A program made the position numbers and the translations under genes. A stretch of DNA of 64,000 nt from Eledone cirrhosa (lineage: Eukaryota): contig OZ024765.1 of NCBI GenBank assembly GCA_964016885.1, positions 11,904,001-11,968,000 on the forward strand, in the 5' to 3' direction. Below are positions 55,586 through 64,000 of this stretch, piece by piece (position 1 is the stretch's first letter; each line of letters begins with the position of its first letter). The notes beneath the pieces are model-generated. The model did no database searches. It saw nothing but the letters and a program-made list of their open reading frames with translations, and was not told the DNA's origin.

Positions 55586-55894
55586 TAGTCAGTTCTTAGA
55601 TATGCCAGCTCTGTGTTTATGGTGTTGATTGTATATATATATATATATATAACTGGTCTTGTGCCTAACATAGAAACAATTATGTATATACACACACATA
55701 TATATCATCTTTTTCTATTTATCACTGACAAGTTCCCAGATCTGATTCACTTATAGTATTGCTGGCCATAGGCATGTCCCTAACAGGACTACAAAGCCTC
55801 ATCTGTGATACTCATGCTTAAGTATCAATGATGGCATTACTCAAAATTGAGATACAGCCATACAACGAAAGTATTTACCCAAAAAGTAGAATTT

Positions 55895-56467
55895 GTCTAC
55901 ATCTTTGATGCAATTGGTCTGCATCTTTGATGGTCTACATCTTTGATGCAATTGGTCTGCATCTTTGATGGTCTACATCTTTGAAGCAATTTGGTCTGCA
56001 TCTTTGATGGTCTACATCTTTGATGCAATTTGGTCTGCATCTTTGATGGTCTGCAGCTTTGATGCAATTGGTCTGCATCTTTGATGGTCTACATCTTTGA
56101 TGCAATTGGTCTGTATCTTTGATGGTCTACATCTTTGATGCAATTGGTCTGCATCTTTGATGGTCTACATCTTTGATGCAATTGGTCTGCATCTTTGATG
56201 GTCTACAGATTTGATGCAATTGGTCTGCATCTTTGATGGTCTACAGCTTTGATGCAATTGGTCTGCATCTTTGATGGTCTACAGCTTTGATGCAATTGGT
56301 CTGCATCTTTGATGGTCTACATCTTTGATGCAATTGGTCTGCATCTTTGATGGTCTGCATCTTTGATGCAATTGGTCTGCATCTTTGATGCAATTGGTCT
56401 GCATCTTTGATGGTCTACAGCTTTGATGCAATTGGTCTGCATCTTTGATGGTCTGCAGCTTTCATGC
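55895..56467. repeat. 38-bp minisatellite (22+16 subunits), about 15 copies
   Basis: TCTTTGATGCAATTGGTCTGCA-TCTTTGATGGTCTACA. Confidence 0.95.
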
Positions 56468-57067
56468 AAACAAAGTTGCAGGTTTTATACCGGAGTGACC
56501 TTCTTCTAGAGAGATATCTTAATGAGGACTAGGAGTTTCTCGCTACACAAAAAATATCTTTATTGGATGGCTGTTGACTATCCTGAGTTCCCTCGCCCTT
56601 TGATGACTTGTTTTTCATCCGGGTAGGTGTCCAACATCACCCTCTTCACCAAGCAAGCTTGGTGGGGTTACCAGTTTAGTTGCCTACAACCTGACCATGC
56701 ACAGGCTGTACATATATATCATCATCATCATCGTTTAACGTCCATCTTCCACGCTAGCATGGGTTTAGACGGGAATTGTCCTACTTGAGGCAAGATTGGT
56801 CGTCTTGCTCGTATAGGACTGTCTGGCAGGTTTTCTACGGCTGGATGCCCTTCCTAACACCAACCACGTTTACAGTGTGGACTGGGAGGTTGTTACCGTG
56901 TTACCTACACGGCCACATTACAGCGTAGACTGTGTGTTTTTTTGTTGACACCTAAACGACCTCATTTATTTAGGACTGGATGTTGTGGTACCAACATATA
57001 TATTAAAATAATCATATAATGCACGCACGCACACACACACATTATTTAACAAATATATATATATATA

Positions 57068-57425
57068 CTAGCCGAATTACCTGCGCCTTGCTGCGTTTCA
57101 CACATTTTTTTTTTTGTAAGAAAATGATGATTGATTTTAATTGAGTGATATAATTTATGGAGAAAAACACTGCATTTCATTATTACTCAATGTAAAATGT
57201 AATGCATGAAAAATTGGAAAACATTTTTTGTAATATATCAAATCAATCAAAATAACATTATTAAATCTTATTCTTATTTTGTTTCTTATAAATAATTTTT
57301 TTTTAAATATCAATTCAAACCTTTTGTGAATAGGCATCATATCTTGTCATTTACCTATGGTTTAAATTTCATATAAATCGAAGGGAAAACATTTTCAGCG
57401 AGGGTTTGTACCTCCGGGGAATTCA
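57068..57425 (-). mobile_element. Helitron-like 3' end
   Basis: Minus strand ends CGCAGCAAGGCGCAGG-TAATTCGG-CTAG|T (GC-rich hairpin remnant plus CTAG); upstream limit uncertain. Confidence 0.55.
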
Positions 57426-57437
57426 CATATATATATA

Positions 57438-57511
57438 CAGGGTGTCCCAAAAAATGTATACACATTTTTCTTAGAATGCTGTTGAAGTGAGTATACATTT
57501 ATTGGGACACA

Positions 57512-57514
<3 letters not shown>
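57438..57514. mobile_element. 77-bp Tc1/mariner MITE
   Basis: 27-bp TIRs CAGGGTGTCCCAAAAAATGTATACACA (3 mismatches), flanked by TA. Confidence 0.85.
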
Positions 57515-57561
<47 letters not shown>

Positions 57562-57772
57562 ATATATATATCCATTTATATTTATATATATGTTTATATA
57601 TATATGTATATGTATATATATGTTTATATATATATGTGTATATATATATATATCCATTTATATGTATATATATGTATATATATTTAATATAGAAATATAG
57701 AAATATGTATATATATGTATATATATATGTATATATATACATATATATATATATATACATACATATATATAC

Positions 57773-57854
<82 letters not shown>

Positions 57855-57995
57855 ATGTGTGTATATATATATATGTATATATATGTATCATTGTCCACCT
57901 ACAGACACATAAAAGTCAATCAATCGTGTGGCTAAAACTTTGTCTTCATTGATCAGCTATTGATAAACAAAAACGTGTGTATTTGTGTATGTATG

Positions 57996-58028
<33 letters not shown>

Positions 58029-58039
58029 GCTTCTCTGTG

Positions 58040-58100
<61 letters not shown>

Positions 58101-58281
58101 ATATATACATATATATGTATATATATATATATATATATATACATATATATATTTGTGTGTATACATGTATGCTATGCAAACATGTATTTGTATAAATAAA
58201 TATATATATGCATGTGTGTCTGTATGTATATGTTTGTATATATTCATGGTTGTATATACACATGTCCTGCACACATGTATT

Positions 58282-58338
<57 letters not shown>

Positions 58339-61042
58339 ATGTGTGTGTATATATTTATGGTTGTATATATATATGTGTGTGTGTGTGTGTGTATGTGTGC
58401 CTCTTGGATGTGTATCCGTCTTCAAACATAACCCCACCCCCATCTCCAGACTGCCTTTACCATGATATCCTTACCACTACCCCCCCACACACACACACAC
58501 ACTATCTCAACCTCCCCACCACCACCACACCACCACCACCACAATCACATCAACAACTTCTCCCCACCACCACCACCACCACCATCACATAAACAAGAGT
58601 TATTAATGTCAACATTTCTAAATAAACAATAAATTTATCAAGTAATTTATAGCTCCAGGCTGTTTCCCTTGTTGTTATTGTTGTTAGTGTTTTGTTGTTG
58701 TTGTTGTTATTGTTGTTAGTGTTTTGTTGTTGTTGCTGTTATTGTTGTTAGTGTTTTGTTGTTGTTGCTGTTGTTGTTGTTAGTGTTTTGTTGTTAATGT
58801 TGTTTGCTGTTGATGTTATTGTTGTTAGTGTTTTGTTGTTAATGTTATTGATGTTGTTAGTGTTGTTTGCTGTTGTTGTTAGTGTTTTGTTGTTAATGTT
58901 GTTACTGTTGTTTGCTGTTGATGTTATTGTTGTTAGTGTTTTGTTGTTGTTGTTGTTAGTGTTTTGTTGTTAATGTTGTTACTGTTGTTTGCTGTTGATG
59001 TTATTGTTGTTAGTGTTTTGTTGTTGTTGTTGTTAGTGTTTTGTTGTTAATGTTGTTACTGTCCTTTGCTGTTGATGTTATTGTTGTTAGTGTTTTGTTG
59101 TCGTTGTTGTTGTTAGTGTTTTGTTGTTAATGTTGTTACTGTCCTTTGCTGTTGATGTTATTGTTGTTAGTGTTTTGTTGTTAATGTTATTGATGTTGTT
59201 ACTGTTGTTTGCTGTTGTTGTTATTGTTGTTAGTGTTTTGTTGTTGCTGTTGTTGTTGTTGTTAGTGTTTTGTTGTTATTGTTGTTACTGTTGTTTGCTG
59301 TTGATGTTATTGTTGTTAGTGTTTTGTTGTTGCTGTTGTTGTTAGTGTTTTGCTGTTTATGCTGTTGATATTGTTGTTGGTGTTGATGATGATGTGTATG
59401 GTGTTTATATTATAGTTGTTTGTCTTGTTATTTTCATTGCTGTTGTTATTGTTGATGATGTTGTTATTGTTGCTGTTACTGTTGTTGTTGCTGCTTTTGC
59501 TGTTACTGTTGTTATTTCTGTTGTCATTGCCGTTTTAATTGTTATTATTGCTGTTGTTGTTGTTATTGTTTTCATTATTGTTGCAATTGCTATTGTTGGC
59601 ATTGTTATTGTTGTCTTTCGTTATGGTGGTGGTGTTGTTGTTGTCTTTCGTTATGGTGTTGTTGTTGTTGTTGTCTTTCGTTATGGTGGTGGTGTTGTTG
59701 TTGTCTTTCGTTATGGTATTATTGTTGTTGTCTTTCATTATGGTGTTATTGTTGTTGTTATTGTTGTCTTTCGTTATGGTGTTATTGTTGTTGTCTTTCG
59801 TTATGGCGTTATTGTTGTTGTTGTTGTCTTTCATTGTGCTGTTGCTGTTGTTGTTTTTCATTATGGTGGTGTTGTTATTTTTCTTTCTGATATTGCTGTT
59901 GTTGTTATTGTCTTTCATTATGGTTTTGTTATTGTTGTTAATGTCATTTGTTAAGGTGGTGGTGGTGGTGGTGGTGGTGGTGGTGTCTTTCGATATGGTG
60001 GTGGTGGCGGTGGTGGTGGTGTTGTTAGTAATGTTTTTTTTCTTATCTACTTCATCTCTTCAGTGTCAGTTTGTCACAGGTTTCTTTGTATTACCATCAC
60101 CATGACAACCACATCCATCCATCATCATCATCATCATCATTATTATTATCATTTTGATCCTCATAACCACTACTACCACCATCATTGCTATCAGCATCAT
60201 CATCACAAATACCATCAACATCATCATCATCACAAATACCATCATTGCTATCATCATCATCATCACAAATACCATCATCATCATCATAAATACCATCAAC
60301 ATCATCATCATCATCATCACAAATACCATCATCATCATCACAAATACCATCAACATCATCATCATCATCACAAATACCATCAACATCATCATCATCATCA
60401 TCACAAATACCATCAACATCATCATAAATACCATCAACATCATCATCATCATCATCACAAATACCATCATCATCATCACAAATACCATCAACATCATCAT
60501 CATCATCACAAATACCATCAACATCATCATCATCATCATCACAAATACCATCATCATCATCACAAATACCATCATCATCATCATAAATACCATCAACATC
60601 ATCATCATCATCACAAATACCATCAACATCATCATCATCATCATCATCATCATCGCAAATACCATCAACATTATCATCATCATCATCACAAATACCATCA
60701 ACATCATCATCATCACAAATACCATCAACATTATCATCATCGCTATCATCATCATCATCATCACCACTCTCATCATTACTAATGCATCATCATCATCATC
60801 ACCATCATCATCTGCATCATCATCATCAAAATTGTCACAACAACCACCACCACCACCACCACCACCATGCTGCCATCTTTCAATATCCCCCTCCCCATCT
60901 CACAATACACCCCCCCTATCATTATGTCAACATACATTACTCTCCCTCACTTCCACCACTCCTCCTTTCACCACCCCCTCTTCCTCCACCCATTATGCAG
61001 CTTCCTTTCTCTGTCTCTTTTTCATATCATATGTCACATTAA

Positions 61043-61910
61043 ATATATTATATTATATAAGGATATATTATATACAATATATTATATTATATAAGGATAT
61101 ATTATATTATATAAGGATATATTATATACAATATATTATATTATATAAGGATATATTATATTATATAAGGATATATTATATACAATATATTATATTATAT
61201 AAGGATATATTATATACAATATATTATATTATATAAGGATATATTATATACAATATATTATATTATATAAGGATATATTATATACAATATATTATATTAT
61301 ATAAGGATATATTATATAAGGATATATTATATTATATAAGGATATATTATATACAATATATTATATTATATAAGGATATATTATATACAATATATTATAT
61401 TATATAAGGATATATTATATACAATATATTATATTATATAAGGATATATTATATAAGGATATATTATATTATATAAGGATATATTATATACAATATATTA
61501 TATTATATAAGGATATATTATATAAGGATATATTATATTATATAAGGATATATTATATACAATATATTATATTATATAAGGATATATTATATACAATATA
61601 TTATATTATATAAGGATATATTATATACAATATATTATATTATATAAGGATATATTATATACAATATATTATATTATATAAGGATATATTATATACAATA
61701 TATTATATTATATAAGGATATATTATATAAGGATATATTATATTATATAAGGATATATTATATTATATAAGGATATATTATATAAGGATATATTATATTA
61801 TATAAGGATATATTATATACAATATATTATATTATATAAGGATATATTATATACAATATATTATATTATATAAGGATATATTATATAAAATATATTATAT
61901 TATATAAGGA
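61043..61910. repeat. AT-rich minisatellite of about 34 bp, degenerate continuation to about 62800
   Basis: ATATAAGGATATATTATATACAATATATTATATT units. Confidence 0.93.
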
Positions 61911-62814
61911 GATGGATTGGCAGTATCGGTAGAGGGTCGGACGCCATGCTTTGACGCATAGAGTTACGGCCCTTGCCATTCTGAGTTCAAATGCCGCCGA
62001 GGTTAACTTTGCCTTTCATCCTTACGGGGTCGATAAAATAAAGTACCAGTGATACACTGGGTTATTGCTGGCCTTGGGCCAAAAGTAGAAACAATTATAT
62101 TATATAAGGAGATATCTTTATATAATATAATATAGTGTATATAATATGTCACATACAATATATCATATTATATAAGGATATATTATATACAATATATTAT
62201 AGCATATAAGGATATATTATATACAATATGTTATATTATATGAAGATATATCGCATACAATGTGATATATTACAGCAAATAAAATAAACTATATTATAAA
62301 AAGATATATCATATACAATATATTATATTAAATAAGGATACATCATATACAATATATTATATTATATAAGGACATATCATACACAATGTACTATATTATA
62401 TAAAGATATATTATATACAATATATTATATCATAAACATAAGGTTTATAAATATAAGGTTATATTATATACAATATATTATACTATATGAAGATATATAC
62501 AATATACTATATTATATCATAATACAATATATTGTATTATATAATGATATATTATATATAGTATATCATATACATTACATTATATTATATAATTATATAT
62601 CATTATATATGTCATATTATATTATATATATAATATACAGTATATTATATTATATAATTATATATTATATACAGCATAATATATCGTATAAATTATATAA
62701 TAAAATGTATATATCATATTATATACCGCATATTATATTATATACAGTATATTATATTATATAATGATATATTATATACAACATTGTTATATTTATTATA
62801 TAATGTCTCACTCC

Positions 62815-63030
62815 AGGGTCAGGCCTTGCAGTGGCGAGGGGGCTTGTGTCTTCCATAAATCCAGTTAGAGCCACCCAAGGTGGACTGGTCTCCCGGGGAG
62901 ATTCCAGACCATCAGGGACATGTAGCACATCAGCTCGCCACCATGATGGCAATCCCATCACCCAACTATTCTGCAGAAGGCCAACAACCCACCCAGAAAA
63001 ACCAGCAACCTCTAACAAAACTGACTAGAG
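62815..63030 (+). mobile_element. RTE/BovB-type 5' end-like segment
   Basis: GCCTTGCAGTGGCGAGGGGGCTTGTGT..GAGCCACCCAAGGTGGACTGGTC resembles RTE 5' termini. Confidence 0.55.
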
Positions 63031-63059
63031 GAAATTATATAATGATATATCATATACAA

Positions 63060-64000
63060 TCATCATCATCGTCATCATCGTTTTACATCAATGTCTCCAT
63101 GCTAGCATGGGTTAGACATGTTGTCCTGTTGTGAGCAATGCCAAGTCAGGTGACATGTCTTGCTCATACAGAACTGATTTTGGCTTGATTTCTACAGCTG
63201 GATGCCCTTCCTAACACCAACCTCATTTACAGTGAGTGCTGGGTGCTTTTCATCATGACACCTACACGACCACTTTACAGTGTGGGCTGGGTGGTTTTTT
63301 TATCATGACACCTACATGACCACTATACAGTGAGTACTGGGTGCTTTTGTGTCAAAACACTTACACGACCACTTTACAGTAAGTACTGGGCACTTCTTAC
63401 CATAACACCTACATGACCCCTTTACAGTGTGGACTGGGTGCTTCTTATCATGACACCTATATGACCCCTTTACAGTGTGGACTGGGTGCTTCTTATCATG
63501 ACACCTACATGACCACTTTACAGTGTGGACTGGGTGCTTCTTATCATGACACCTACATGACCACTTTACAGTGTGGACTGGGTGCTTCTTATCATGACAC
63601 CTACATGACCCCTTTACAGTGTGGACTGGGTGCTTCTTATCATGACACCTACATGACCCTTTTACAGTGTGGACTGGGCACTTCTTACCATGACACCTAC
63701 ATGACCCCTTTACAGTGTGGACTGGGTGCTTCTTACCATGACACCTACATGACCCCTTTACAGTGTGGACTGGGTGCTTCTTATCATGACACCTACATGA
63801 CCCTTTTACAGTGTGGACTGGGCACTTCTTACCATGACACCTACATGACCCCTTTACAGTGTGGACTGGGTGCTTCTAACCATGACACCTACATGACCCC
63901 TTTACAGTGTGGACTGGGTGCTTCTTATCATGACACCTATATGACCCCTTTACAGTGTGGACTGGGTGCTTCTTATCATGACACCTACATGACTCCTTTA
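63060..64000 (-). mobile_element. SINE family 2 tail running into a 48-bp array (at least 15 copies, open at the window end)
   Basis: GTGTGGACTGGGTGCTTCTTATCATGACACCTACATGACC(A/C)CTTTACA, 48-bp period. Confidence 0.92.

Noticed and set aside
60063-61236. His-rich ORF resembling histidine-rich beak or metal-binding proteins
   Set aside because: A (CAT)n-derived repeat that is open in several frames; no splice or signal evidence

Overview
Eukaryotic, AT-rich window saturated with repeats. The SINE families and microsatellite density look like a coleoid cephalopod (octopus-like); this is an inference. Almost all ORFs in the track are artefacts of (TA)n/(CA)n/(GGT)n/(CAT)n microsatellites. The only credible host coding sequence is one long minus-strand exon (34627-35649), which has a canonical splice acceptor and encodes a Ser/Arg-rich, probably disordered C-terminal region. 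The rest is minisatellites (several with higher-order structure), two tRNA-derived SINE families, 3' ends of several LINE clades (RTE/RTE-X, CR1/L2, R4/Dong), MITEs, Helitron-like elements, a mariner relic and a 200-N gap. The most striking unexplained structure is a set of short non-coding elements from at least six unrelated sequence families, most lying in or beside (TA)n tracts. They carry type I hammerhead-ribozyme cores (CUGAnGA - stem II - GAAA - palindromic stem III - NUH) and are often arranged as long fold-back palindromes. This resembles Penelope-like element pseudo-LTRs or retrozymes. All folds were read by eye; no searches or folding programs were run.
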